NCBI GenBank assembly: GCA_963719505.1
Contig: CAVRCF010000005.1
Span: forward strand, 448,001 to 512,000
DNA from: Halobacteriovoraceae bacterium
GTDB lineage: Bacteria > Bdellovibrionota > Bacteriovoracia > Bacteriovoracales > Bacteriovoracaceae
Direction: 5' to 3'
Length of the DNA: 64,000 bases
Position numbers and translations under genes: made by a program. Below, one piece after another: positions 48,501-57,632 of the stretch. The notes under the pieces were generated by a model. That model did not search any database and was not told where the DNA came from. It saw only the letters and a program-made list of their open reading frames with translations. Every line of letters starts with the position of its first letter. Position 1 is the stretch's first letter.

Positions 48501-49865
48501 TTACTTAGGTGGAGCGTAAAGGAGCAATTTATCTGAGTATTTTATGCCTTTCTCGGTGGTCCAGTCTAGAAAATATCCGATCCCAAACTTTCTAAAAAAA
48601 CTCGAGGATCCCTTCTCGTCTAAAACAATATATTTTATTTCACCTGGGCTATTCCAAAGGATAAAAAGAAGAGTAACAGCGTGACTAGTCGATAAATAGC
48701 CTAAATTTCTGTACCCTATCGCCGGAAATTTTTCAAACTCTATCAAACCTTCGCGATCTTTAACCGCATAGAGATAATCTTTTTTCTTTTTTAAAAAGCT
48801 AAACTCCATAAACAAAAGAGAAAAGAAAAGTGAGTAAGCGATAAATTTAAAGCTCCTTAAAAAGATCTTTTCTCGCTCTGGAAAAAGAACCAGGACAAAA
48901 ATGACTATAATGATAAAACCTGCACATATAATTGTCGCAAATGTTCGACCAGCGTAGGGCATCCACAAATCAAACCAGTTGAGCTCCATGAAGACAAAGT
49001 AATTTAACAGGGCACTAAAAACGAAACCAACAAGTTTCATTTTTGGTTTCCACAAACAAAAGAGACTTGTGACTAAAGCCATAGAAAAATTAACAGCCAA
49101 TAACCGAATCAAAACATAGTGCTTATAGCCTTGGAAAAAATTATTGTAATTCCCTGTGTATATTTCTCTATAGAGATTGATTGCATAGATTTGAAAAATA
49201 ATAGAGCTGACCAAAATAAAATAAAGGCTCCAAGCATATTTTTTTTCAAGTTTTTGGGAAAAGACAAACGCAATAAGAAAAGGGCTCACTAAAACAGGAA
49301 GTGGATAGCAACCATTGGCCAAAACAAAAAATAAAATAAACATCCAAAATCTTTTGCCATTTATTTTACATAAAAGTTGAGTCGCAGCGATCCATAAAAA
49401 GCTTATTGCAGGAATAAGCTCACTTACGTGACAAAGAAAACAACTAACAAAGCATAAAAACAAACCAATGGCATGATAAATGGCCAGATGGACCTTCTCC
49501 TTTGGCAAAGTAAAATAGTTAAAAAGGAGGCAAATAAGAGGTATAGAGACGTGAGTAATCTCAAAGATCCGAGAAAGAGTGAGGAGATCATTACCTATAT
49601 AGTTTATGTAAAAGACACTAGGATAATGCAAAACAGCAAAGCCAATATGCCTAAGATCGGGGTGAAAGATCACTTTTTTTCGAATGGAAATCGTGAAAAT
49701 ATACTCGGAAGCATCGTAAAGAAGGGATGACCCAAACATCACAGCTAAAGCACTTAGTATGCATAAGCCGCAAAAAAGAATCCAAAAGTCTTTTCTGATA
49801 TTTTCGATAGTTAACCTCAATATAAAATTCTTTTTAATTTTATTGAATTTAAAGTTATAATGCAA
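48501..49865 (-). CDS. Polytopic membrane protein (possible GT-C fold)
   Basis: About 10-11 hydrophobic segments; acidic YDASE in the first outer loop; soluble C-terminal tail. Confidence 0.6.
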   Translation of the reverse strand: MHYNFKFNKIKKNFILRLTIENIRKDFWILFCGLCILSALAVMFGSSLLYDASEYIFTISIRKKVIFHPDLRHIGFAVLHYPSVFYINYIGNDLLTLSRIFEITHVSIPLICLLFNYFTLPKEKVHLAIYHAIGLFLCFVSCFLCHVSELIPAISFLWIAATQLLCKINGKRFWMFILFFVLANGCYPLPVLVSPFLIAFVFSQKLEKKYAWSLYFILVSSIIFQIYAINLYREIYTGNYNNFFQGYKHYVLIRLLAVNFSMALVTSLFCLWKPKMKLVGFVFSALLNYFVFMELNWFDLWMPYAGRTFATIICAGFIIIVIFVLVLFPEREKIFLRSFKFIAYSLFFSLLFMEFSFLKKKKDYLYAVKDREGLIEFEKFPAIGYRNLGYLSTSHAVTLLFILWNSPGEIKYIVLDEKGSSSFFRKFGIGYFLDWTTEKGIKYSDKLLLYAPPK

Positions 49866-49890
49866 TCTCTACCTAAAAAAGGAATCATTA

Positions 49891-51762
49891 ATGTGCGGCA
49901 TATTTGGATTTGTTAACTTAAATCAGCAAAATCTAGAAGGTGCTGAGTTAGAACATGATATCAATAAATTTCTCAAACTCTCAGAGATAAGAGGAAAAGA
50001 CTCGACAGGCCTTGTTATTGAAAAAGAAAACAATCTCGACCTCATAAAGCTTCCTCTAACAGCTTCCAAATTTATGAATACTGATAAATTTAAAGATTTC
50101 AAAAAAAAGAATCTATCGGGAAATATTCAAACACAAAATTTTAGTTATATGGGGCACTGTCGACTGATGACCTCGGGTGCCAGTTTTAATGATCACAATA
50201 ATCAACCGATCGTATCGGGAGATATTATAGGTGTTCACAATGGAATTATTACCAGCGCACCAAAGGACTTCAATGATTCACAGTATATTTTAAAGACAAT
50301 TGAGATGTTTTATAAACAAGAAAATTCTAGCGAGAGTCTGTGCTCTTATCTGACTCAAAAGACCACGGGATCATTTACTTGTGCTTTTTATCATCAACGC
50401 CTGAGACAGCTTATTATAATCACAAATGTAGGCTCTTTATATTATATTAAAAATGAGCATTATTTCCTCTATGCTTCCGAAAGAGAAATACTCCAAAAAT
50501 TTCTAAAAAGTTCTGCTCTTGAAAACATTGACAATAATATTATCACTCAACTAAAACCTCATGAGCAATTAGCAATAGATTTAGAATCAAGAAAAGTTGT
50601 CTCAAGTGAAGAGAAAATGATTTATAGAGACGACAATTTTTATAACGTTAACTACTCGATACGATCTCCAGACAGTCTTAAAAGGTGCTCTCGCTGTATC
50701 CTTCCCTCCACCTACCCTTTTATCCATTTTGATACAAAAGGTGTTTGTAACTTCTGTCTCCATTACCAAAAACAAAAGCTTCACGGCGAGGAAGCTCTTT
50801 TGAGATACCTCGATAAATTTCGCTCCAAAGATGGATCACCAGACACTTTGGTTGGACTTAGTGGAGGAAGAGATAGTTGTTATGGAATTCATCTTCTAAA
50901 GACAAAGTACGGTATGAATCCTGTAGCTTATACATTTGACTGGGGCTTAACAACGGAGATCTCAAGAAAAAATCAAGCTCTCATGTGCGGGGAACTTGGG
51001 ATAGAGCATATAATCAGAACACCAGATATCGTTAAAAAGCGTCGATTTGTGAGAAAAAATGTCATGGCATGGTGTAAGAAGCCTCATCTTGGAATGGTCC
51101 CTCTCTTTCAAGCTGGTGATAAAGAATTTTATCACTATGGACGCAAGCTTAGAGAAGAACTCAATATAGACCTGACTGTCCTATGCTCTGGCTACCAACT
51201 TGAACAAAGAGAGTTTATGATAGGCTTTGCGGGAGTCGATCAACCGCCGGTGAGAAACAATCACGACTTTTACTATCACCCCATGAGCACAAAGCTTCAC
51301 TTGGCATATCGTTACTGCCTAGAGTATTTAAAGAATCCTGCTTATATCAACGAGAGTTTTTACGAAAGTGTGCGGGCTTATTTTATGAGTTTTTTTGCAA
51401 AGTCAGATTTTCTCTACCTCTTTCATTATCTCCCTTGGAATGAATCCGAAATCGATTCCGTCCTGAAGAATAAATACGGATGGATTACCGACGATGGCTA
51501 TGGAAAAAACCAGTGGCGTATGGGAGATGGCCAGACAGCATTTAATAATTATATCTACTATAAAGTTGCCGGGTTCTCAGAATATGATACCTTTCGCTCC
51601 AATCAAATTCGCGAAGGGTTGATCTCACGAGACGAGGCGATAAAACTGACAAAGCTTGATAACATACCTAAAACTGAAAGCATGAATGAATTTTTTAAAC
51701 TTATCGGACTCTCAGAAGAAGAAGTGATGAGAAGGATTGAATCTATCCCCACCCTTTATTGA
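49891..51762 (+). CDS. Class II glutamine amidotransferase fused to N-acetyl-sugar amidotransferase (PP-loop) domain
   Basis: MCGIFG (Cys2), RGKDSTG, GHCR, NNQP, HNGII; then CSRC/CNFC and LSGGRDS. Confidence 0.85.
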   Translation: MCGIFGFVNLNQQNLEGAELEHDINKFLKLSEIRGKDSTGLVIEKENNLDLIKLPLTASKFMNTDKFKDFKKKNLSGNIQTQNFSYMGHCRLMTSGASFNDHNNQPIVSGDIIGVHNGIITSAPKDFNDSQYILKTIEMFYKQENSSESLCSYLTQKTTGSFTCAFYHQRLRQLIIITNVGSLYYIKNEHYFLYASEREILQKFLKSSALENIDNNIITQLKPHEQLAIDLESRKVVSSEEKMIYRDDNFYNVNYSIRSPDSLKRCSRCILPSTYPFIHFDTKGVCNFCLHYQKQKLHGEEALLRYLDKFRSKDGSPDTLVGLSGGRDSCYGIHLLKTKYGMNPVAYTFDWGLTTEISRKNQALMCGELGIEHIIRTPDIVKKRRFVRKNVMAWCKKPHLGMVPLFQAGDKEFYHYGRKLREELNIDLTVLCSGYQLEQREFMIGFAGVDQPPVRNNHDFYYHPMSTKLHLAYRYCLEYLKNPAYINESFYESVRAYFMSFFAKSDFLYLFHYLPWNESEIDSVLKNKYGWITDDGYGKNQWRMGDGQTAFNNYIYYKVAGFSEYDTFRSNQIREGLISRDEAIKLTKLDNIPKTESMNEFFKLIGLSEEEVMRRIESIPTLY

Positions 51763-52529
51763 GAATAGACACCAGTCAATTTGTAATAATAAATGCGCAA
51801 AATGTCTTTAAGCATATAGATGCCGTCTTTTAGGACTTTCACGCTTTTTCCATCTTGGGATCTCAAAGTAACGCATGTCTTTTTAATATTCATTTTTAAA
51901 AGTGTAGCAATCAAAATAATTTCTGTATCGATAGCGAATCTATTGACTCGGGAGAGGCCAAAAAGCTTTTTGCCAATGGACGATTTAAAGGACTTAAAAC
52001 CGACTTGGGTATCAATTCTTTTTCCTAAAAGAGGATAAGTTGCATAGGTATAGAGCAAACTAAAAAAAGCTCTCTTTAACCCAACCTTTGATCCATAACG
52101 ACTCCGATTAAGACTTCTATCACCTAAAACTAAATCCGCCCTATTCTCTGCCAAAGCACTGAGGGACTCTAAAACGAAGTCAAAATTATAGGGAATATCT
52201 GAATCGGTGAAAGTGATAACATCACACTTGGCACAATCGAAGCCTCTTCTCAAAGCCTCTCCCTTTCCTGTGTTTTCCGAAATATAGATATAGTTAAACC
52301 CATAGGCTTGAGCTAATTTTTTCGTCATTTTTCTTTCAATAAGTTCACTTCCATCGTCGACAATAATCACCTCAAAAGAAATTTCTTTTTCATTAAGATG
52401 AGAAAGCAAATAATCAATATTAAGTTCCAGAGCTTTAGAGGAATTAAAGCAAGGGATCACAAAGCTTACTGATAGAGGTTTTACTAGACTAGTCATGAGC
52501 CAATGTTTTCGCCTTTTCATAAAATTCAC
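51756..52529 (-). CDS. GT2 polyprenol-phosphate glycosyltransferase (DPM1/ALG5-like)
   Basis: VIPCFN, VDDGS, NTGKGEAL, FTDSD, GDR, DTQVGFK, FAIDTEI; probable start at 52496. Confidence 0.88.
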   Translation of the reverse strand: MNFMKRRKHWLMTSLVKPLSVSFVIPCFNSSKALELNIDYLLSHLNEKEISFEVIIVDDGSELIERKMTKKLAQAYGFNYIYISENTGKGEALRRGFDCAKCDVITFTDSDIPYNFDFVLESLSALAENRADLVLGDRSLNRSRYGSKVGLKRAFFSLLYTYATYPLLGKRIDTQVGFKSFKSSIGKKLFGLSRVNRFAIDTEIILIATLLKMNIKKTCVTLRSQDGKSVKVLKDGIYMLKDILRIYYYKLTGVYSQ

Positions 52530-53862
52530 TATATTCTGGAAAGTACTTTAAGAAGTTCATCTGTCGTCTATGTTCGATTTTTTCAGTGAAGGCATAAAAG
52601 TCTTTCATCGTCTGATCTGATACATCATTGTTTGAAATACCTTTTTTAATGCTGTACATGAAAGGCAAGTAGGCACTCCATCTTTGCGCTGAATTTTCAC
52701 CAAAAGCGGTACATCTAAAGATTCCGGCCTCTGGGTTGGCAAGCTTGGTCTCAACTAATTCGATACATTTATCAACATAGTGCTCAAACTCTGGTCCCAG
52801 TGTGTAGGGAGAAAGATAGTCCGGGGCAACAACAATATTTTCTTTGTAATCGATTAAAACGTTATATTTATTTTGTAACTCCCAAGCGTACTCTAGAAGA
52901 TTTGAGAGACTTGAGATACACAAATTATTAATAGCAAGCTGAAGACCAAATCTAAAATTTGGAAAACGCCTCTCAAGAGTGTTGGTGATATTCTCAACCA
53001 TAATATGCCAATTGGCACCGGCTCTGATATATTCTGTTTTTTTATCAAAAGATTCCCCTGAGACTTCAAGGTGAACGATATAATTTTTTGATAGTTCTTC
53101 AACAGTATCTAAGAACTCATTAAACTTTTTGACTGGGATTCCAAAGTTAGAAATAATTTGAATAATTGGTTTTTCATGGATAGATAAGTCCTTGGGAGTT
53201 CTTCTGTTTATCTCTTCCAAGTAGTGCAGAAAGTTTTTATTAACAAGAGGCTCTCCCCCAATAAAAATAATTCTCTTTAATGTTTTTTTTATTTTATCAA
53301 ACCACAGCCAAAAGTACTCATCAAAGGCCTCTGGTTTTGTGGTGGTGTTTCGATGCATTGACTCTTTTGATCGATCGCCAAATTTAACACTCTCACGCTC
53401 CCATTCAGTACTAAAGTCATCTGAGCAGTAAACGCATTTATAATTACACTGGTTACTTAGGGCAATCTCTAAAAGCTCAGGTTGGTCGGCCCTTAGATAT
53501 TTTTCTTCTTTTTTGTATTTGATTTCGTCGAAGGATTTATTCTCACCAGTTTGAGTATTCATCCACTGAGTAAAAGGTTCAGCTCCAGTTCTAGAGCTCA
53601 TTAGCCCTTTATCCTCTAAAATGATGCAGCTAAAACAATCTTTGTGTCTTAGACCATCAAGTTTCTCCCTTCTACGTTCTAATAAATAGGGATGATTGAT
53701 AAAGGCATCTGTGCCATAAAGTTTAAAGTCTTCGTCGGTTAATTGATAATTGATTGTCTTATCACAAGTTCTAATCTGGCCTCGATCGACCATGATAACA
53801 GGATAGCTCCATCTCCACTTACAAATAGTTTTCTCGGGTTCAAACTGACCTTCAATTCTCAT
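52489..53862 (-). CDS. Radical SAM protein with N-terminal twitch-like domain
   Basis: N-terminal CKWRW...RTC...CFSC...E...SSR; SNQCNYKCVYC; IGGEPL. Confidence 0.85.
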   Translation of the reverse strand: MRIEGQFEPEKTICKWRWSYPVIMVDRGQIRTCDKTINYQLTDEDFKLYGTDAFINHPYLLERRREKLDGLRHKDCFSCIILEDKGLMSSRTGAEPFTQWMNTQTGENKSFDEIKYKKEEKYLRADQPELLEIALSNQCNYKCVYCSDDFSTEWERESVKFGDRSKESMHRNTTTKPEAFDEYFWLWFDKIKKTLKRIIFIGGEPLVNKNFLHYLEEINRRTPKDLSIHEKPIIQIISNFGIPVKKFNEFLDTVEELSKNYIVHLEVSGESFDKKTEYIRAGANWHIMVENITNTLERRFPNFRFGLQLAINNLCISSLSNLLEYAWELQNKYNVLIDYKENIVVAPDYLSPYTLGPEFEHYVDKCIELVETKLANPEAGIFRCTAFGENSAQRWSAYLPFMYSIKKGISNNDVSDQTMKDFYAFTEKIEHRRQMNFLKYFPEYSEFYEKAKTLAHD

Positions 53863-53953
53863 CTAAAACTCCTCTGGTGAGCCTAAATGTTAAGTTATGC
53901 AATGATAGATGGAAAGATTTTTATCAAAGGATTATTAATAAATCTCTAATGAT

Positions 53954-54058
53954 TTATTTTTTTACTTCGACCTTTACTTTCTTTGGCTGCTTGGACTTTG
54001 CAAATCCATAAGCGATGATAGATAAAACTGCGGCTGTGGCTAAAAGTGTCATTGTCAT
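53954..54058 (-). CDS. Small membrane protein, 34 aa (absent from the ORF track)
   Basis: MTMTLLATAAVLSIIAYGFAKSKQPKKVKVEVKK; GGAGGG RBS; GCCGATAA box at 54077-54084. Confidence 0.65.
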   Translation of the reverse strand: MTMTLLATAAVLSIIAYGFAKSKQPKKVKVEVKK

Positions 54059-54211
54059 GATGCCCTCCTGTAAACCTTATCGGCTACTTACTTCATATTA
54101 TAACAACAAAATTCAATAAAATAGCCTAAAATAATTTCTTTACCTGACATTTATCTTTGACGAGTATATAATTAACCTACTTTCAATCATTTAGAACTGT
54201 TCGGAGCAAAT

Positions 54212-55633
54212 ATGCTGGAAAAGCTAACGACGGCCCAAAAGGCTTTAAAAATTAACCTAGATCCAAATATCTATGGCACATTCGCCGAAATCGGTGCTGG
54301 TCAAGAGGTTGCCGGAAATTTCTTTAAAGCTGGTGCGGCCAGTGGAACAGTGGCCAAGTCAATTTCAGCTTACGATATGATCTTCTCAGACAGTATCTAT
54401 GGTAAAGAACCTTCAGGGCGATACGTCTGTCAATCTCGGCTCAATAAAATGATAAAGTATGAATACGACCTCGTTCTTGAGAGACTTTTAACAAGTAGAA
54501 ACTCTGGTAAATATTTTGCCTTCGCCAACACTGTATCAGCTCGAAACTTTCATGGCACTAATGAAGCTCATGGATGGATGGGCTTACGATTTCAGCACGA
54601 AGAAAGTAGTGATGCCTCCGACATCGTCATCCACATTAGAATGCATGACAATTCGAATTTACTGCAGCAAAAGGCCATAGGGATTCTTGGCGTTAACATG
54701 ATTTACGCCAGCTACTTCTCTAGCGGCAATCTAAAGAACTTCGTACAAACTCTTATGGATAACTTGGGACGAGAAAGAATTGAAATCGATATGATCTCGG
54801 TAGCTGGTCCGGCTTTTGCACATTTTGATAATAGACTTGTGAATCTAAAATTGCTCGAGTTGGGCCTCACAGATGCAGTGCTTTTTGATAAAGCGGGAAA
54901 GATTACCTTACCCAGCGAGGAACTCTATAAAAAGAATATTCTTATCGCTCGTGGAAGTTATCGCCCACCTACATACGTAAACTCAGATATTATGAAAACG
55001 GGGATCGAGAACTTCTCAAAAGATGTAAGTTCCAAAAAAGATGAAATTTTAAATCTCGCTGAAATAACGATCACAAATTTAAATTCAGCTGGAGAATTTG
55101 CAAATGAAGACTTTCTCGCAAGAGTCGATCTTTTAACCAGTATGAACCAACCCGTTATTATTACCAACTTTGCCCAGTATTTTAAACTATCTAATTATCT
55201 CCAGCGATTCAAACCAAAGAAGATTGCCATTGTTCTTGGTGCCTATAACTTCATGCAAATTTTCGATACCGAGTACAGCGAAAGAACCGAAAGTGTCCTG
55301 GATTCAGTTTCGCAACTGTTAAAGCCAAACGTGTGCATTTACCTGTACCCTTTTAAAGAAGAAAACCAAAGTGATGACCTCATCAGTCTGGCGACAATGG
55401 AAGTGTCTAAAGACAATCAATACCTTTTAGAGCATATCAAACACTCAAAGCAGGTCAAAGATCTTCAAGGAGTCGATAATTCGCTCCTTCATATTTATTC
55501 CAGAAAAGTTCTAACAATGATCACTTCATCTGAGCCCGGTTGGGAGAAATATGTTCCTGATGAAATTTCAAAAACAATAAATGAAAAATGCCTCTTTGGA
55601 CACCCATGTGATTTTCCAGAAAAAGAAGACTAA
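54212..55633 (+). CDS. Conserved cytoplasmic protein, nucleotidyltransferase-like (NMN adenylyltransferase-like) family
   Basis: YGTFAEIGAGQEVA, SAYDM, HGWMG.RFQ, RGSYRPPT, EIT, R.DLL; no signal peptide. Confidence 0.6.
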   Translation: MLEKLTTAQKALKINLDPNIYGTFAEIGAGQEVAGNFFKAGAASGTVAKSISAYDMIFSDSIYGKEPSGRYVCQSRLNKMIKYEYDLVLERLLTSRNSGKYFAFANTVSARNFHGTNEAHGWMGLRFQHEESSDASDIVIHIRMHDNSNLLQQKAIGILGVNMIYASYFSSGNLKNFVQTLMDNLGRERIEIDMISVAGPAFAHFDNRLVNLKLLELGLTDAVLFDKAGKITLPSEELYKKNILIARGSYRPPTYVNSDIMKTGIENFSKDVSSKKDEILNLAEITITNLNSAGEFANEDFLARVDLLTSMNQPVIITNFAQYFKLSNYLQRFKPKKIAIVLGAYNFMQIFDTEYSERTESVLDSVSQLLKPNVCIYLYPFKEENQSDDLISLATMEVSKDNQYLLEHIKHSKQVKDLQGVDNSLLHIYSRKVLTMITSSEPGWEKYVPDEISKTINEKCLFGHPCDFPEKED

Positions 55634-56582
55634 TTATCTTACATTCGTTATAGGTCTTCTTTTATCTGGAGCCTCACTGACATATATTTTAATGCAAACT
55701 CCTTTTGAAGAGTTTAAAGAACACCTAACTTCTATTGATCCAATATTTTTCTCCTTATCTATCCTCGTCAATATTCTTGGATATTTTATTCACGCAACGA
55801 GATGGAGAATACTCTTTGAGGGGAAATATCCTCTTTTTGCTTTCTATCACTCCATTACGATAGGAAACCTGGCCAATACTATTCTACCGAGTAAAAGTGG
55901 TGAACTCCTAAGGCCACTGGCGCTTAAAACTCAAATTGGTGTCTCATACGCAAAAGCTCTCAGTAATTGCTTCTTAGAGCGTCTTTTTGATATTGTTTTT
56001 GGTCTAACAATTCTTTTCTTTTCTATAATCTATCTCGATTTACTTGAAAAGTTTGAGATCTTCAGAAGTGGAATACTGATAACAGTGGCGTTAATAGTAC
56101 TTCTATTTTTCATTATCATTTTTGCTTTAAAAATTGATTTAAAAAGATTTATCCATTCAGCTCCCATTAATGGCTTTTTCCTGAACTTAAAAGAGCAATT
56201 TCAGCATCTGGTAAAAGCTCGTGTAACGTTGAAAATGATAGTGATGACAACTATTTTTTGGAGTGCTGGGGTTTTAATTTTTTACTTTCTCCTACTATCA
56301 TCACCTCTTCCTGAAGCTCTTCAGACTCTGCCTTTTGCTGCTTTTTTAAGTTCAGCGATGGGAATAACGCTTTCACTACCAAGTGCGCCTGCGAATATTG
56401 GCGTGTTCAATCTAACAATTATTATACTAATGAAAATTTATTTGGAGCAAAATGCCATTAAAGTGGATGATACTTTGGAGGCGCAAATTGTTGCCTCATC
56501 TATCGTTATCCATTTGGGATCACTGATACCTGATTTCGTCATGGGAAGTTTGTCTATGATTAAAATGAGTCGATTAAATTAA
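55581..56582 (+). CDS. Lysylphosphatidylglycerol-synthase-TM / flippase-like membrane protein
   Basis: RWRIL, NTILPSKSGELLR, ERLFD, PSAPANIGVF. Confidence 0.85.
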   Translation: MKNASLDTHVIFQKKKTNYLTFVIGLLLSGASLTYILMQTPFEEFKEHLTSIDPIFFSLSILVNILGYFIHATRWRILFEGKYPLFAFYHSITIGNLANTILPSKSGELLRPLALKTQIGVSYAKALSNCFLERLFDIVFGLTILFFSIIYLDLLEKFEIFRSGILITVALIVLLFFIIIFALKIDLKRFIHSAPINGFFLNLKEQFQHLVKARVTLKMIVMTTIFWSAGVLIFYFLLLSSPLPEALQTLPFAAFLSSAMGITLSLPSAPANIGVFNLTIIILMKIYLEQNAIKVDDTLEAQIVASSIVIHLGSLIPDFVMGSLSMIKMSRLN

Positions 56583-56959
56583 GGAGCTTGCTGGCCAGAA
56601 AGTGACCTACCCGTTTTAAGTCTTCTATACAGAAAAGGTCTATTCTCTCTTTGATGATAAAAATCTTTTTTCAAAAGAAGATCTAAATCTTTTTTAAGAT
56701 TCACAGACCGATAAAGTCTTTTTTCAATTTTTCTATAGTCTTGTTCTGTTAACTTATAAAGGCGCTCATTCAGAGCATTGCTGACCAGTGGAGATGACAA
56801 TACCTCTACACATTTTTCATCAAATATGATCTGGTTATTTAATGTTGAGACGATTTGAGATTTTTTAGATAAAGTATTTCTACAAACTTTCATTGCTTGT
56901 CCGTAGGAGTATATATTATTTATCCATAGTGGTTCTTCGTTTAAGTAAGACTCTGTCAC
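56579..56959 (-). CDS. Hypothetical protein
   Basis: 126-aa ORF downstream of the lipoprotein gene on the same strand. Confidence 0.5.
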   Translation of the reverse strand: MTESYLNEEPLWINNIYSYGQAMKVCRNTLSKKSQIVSTLNNQIIFDEKCVEVLSSPLVSNALNERLYKLTEQDYRKIEKRLYRSVNLKKDLDLLLKKDFYHQRENRPFLYRRLKTGRSLSGQQAP

Positions 56960-56973
56960 TCTTGATAGTTTAT

Positions 56974-57552
56974 CTATATACTTTTTTTTTGAAACTCTTC
57001 AATATTTTTCATCTCAAGCTGAAGCTTTGCCTCATATGCTGTTGCAATCGATTGTTTAAGATGAAGATATTCATAACCAGTAATATTTGGATTTTGCTTG
57101 AAGTAAGCATTAAGCGTCCCCATTGAGTCTCTCTCAACATATTGAGACATACATTTTTCTAAAAAGTAATTAGCATTTTTTAGACAAAAATCTCGTCTTG
57201 TCGATACATGTTTGTCCAGAGTATCAGAGAGATTTGAGATTATTCCTTCAGTAATTTGTGAAACTTCGACCTTTAAAGCGGGATAAGATTTAAGAGTGTT
57301 GATTCCCAATCTTTTAATTTTCTTAGTGTAGCAGTTTTGTGAATCTGGAGAATTAACAGAGCAGTAAACAAATATTTGTCTTGGGTCAATGGTCCCAGAT
57401 TTTGAACTCGCTATTGCTCGCGATTGAAGCTTACTTGTGAAATGTCCAGTGGCCTTGATTGAAGACTTCTGACAACTAGATAAAAAAGAGGCGAAAACCA
57501 ATAAGACTAATCCGTTTACCAATGTCAAAGTCACCATTTTATCTTGTTTCAT
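56974..57552 (-). CDS. Hypothetical lipoprotein
   Basis: Lipobox LSSC; RAIAS motif; paired Cys; GGAGGG RBS. Confidence 0.7.
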   Translation of the reverse strand: MKQDKMVTLTLVNGLVLLVFASFLSSCQKSSIKATGHFTSKLQSRAIASSKSGTIDPRQIFVYCSVNSPDSQNCYTKKIKRLGINTLKSYPALKVEVSQITEGIISNLSDTLDKHVSTRRDFCLKNANYFLEKCMSQYVERDSMGTLNAYFKQNPNITGYEYLHLKQSIATAYEAKLQLEMKNIEEFQKKSI

Positions 57553-57580
57553 CTCATGCCCTCCAAAAGCTGTTAATAGC

Positions 57581-57607
57581 TTATCGGAGGGAGCTCAAAA
57601 TACTTTA
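57581..57607 (-). promoter_or_regulatory. Sigma-28 (FliA)-like promoter
   Basis: TAAAGTAT-N11-TCCGATAA on the minus strand. Confidence 0.72.
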
Positions 57608-57632
57608 GCAAAATGTTCAGGTTTTTTTTAAA

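Noticed and set aside
53954-54058. RiPP precursor for the neighbouring radical SAM enzymes
   Set aside because: Looks like a TM helix plus basic tail with no Cys or Trp core; no RRE, peptidase or exporter evident; the context points to sugars
54212-55633. TonB-dependent receptor label sometimes attached to this family
   Set aside because: No signal peptide, beta-barrel pattern or terminal Phe
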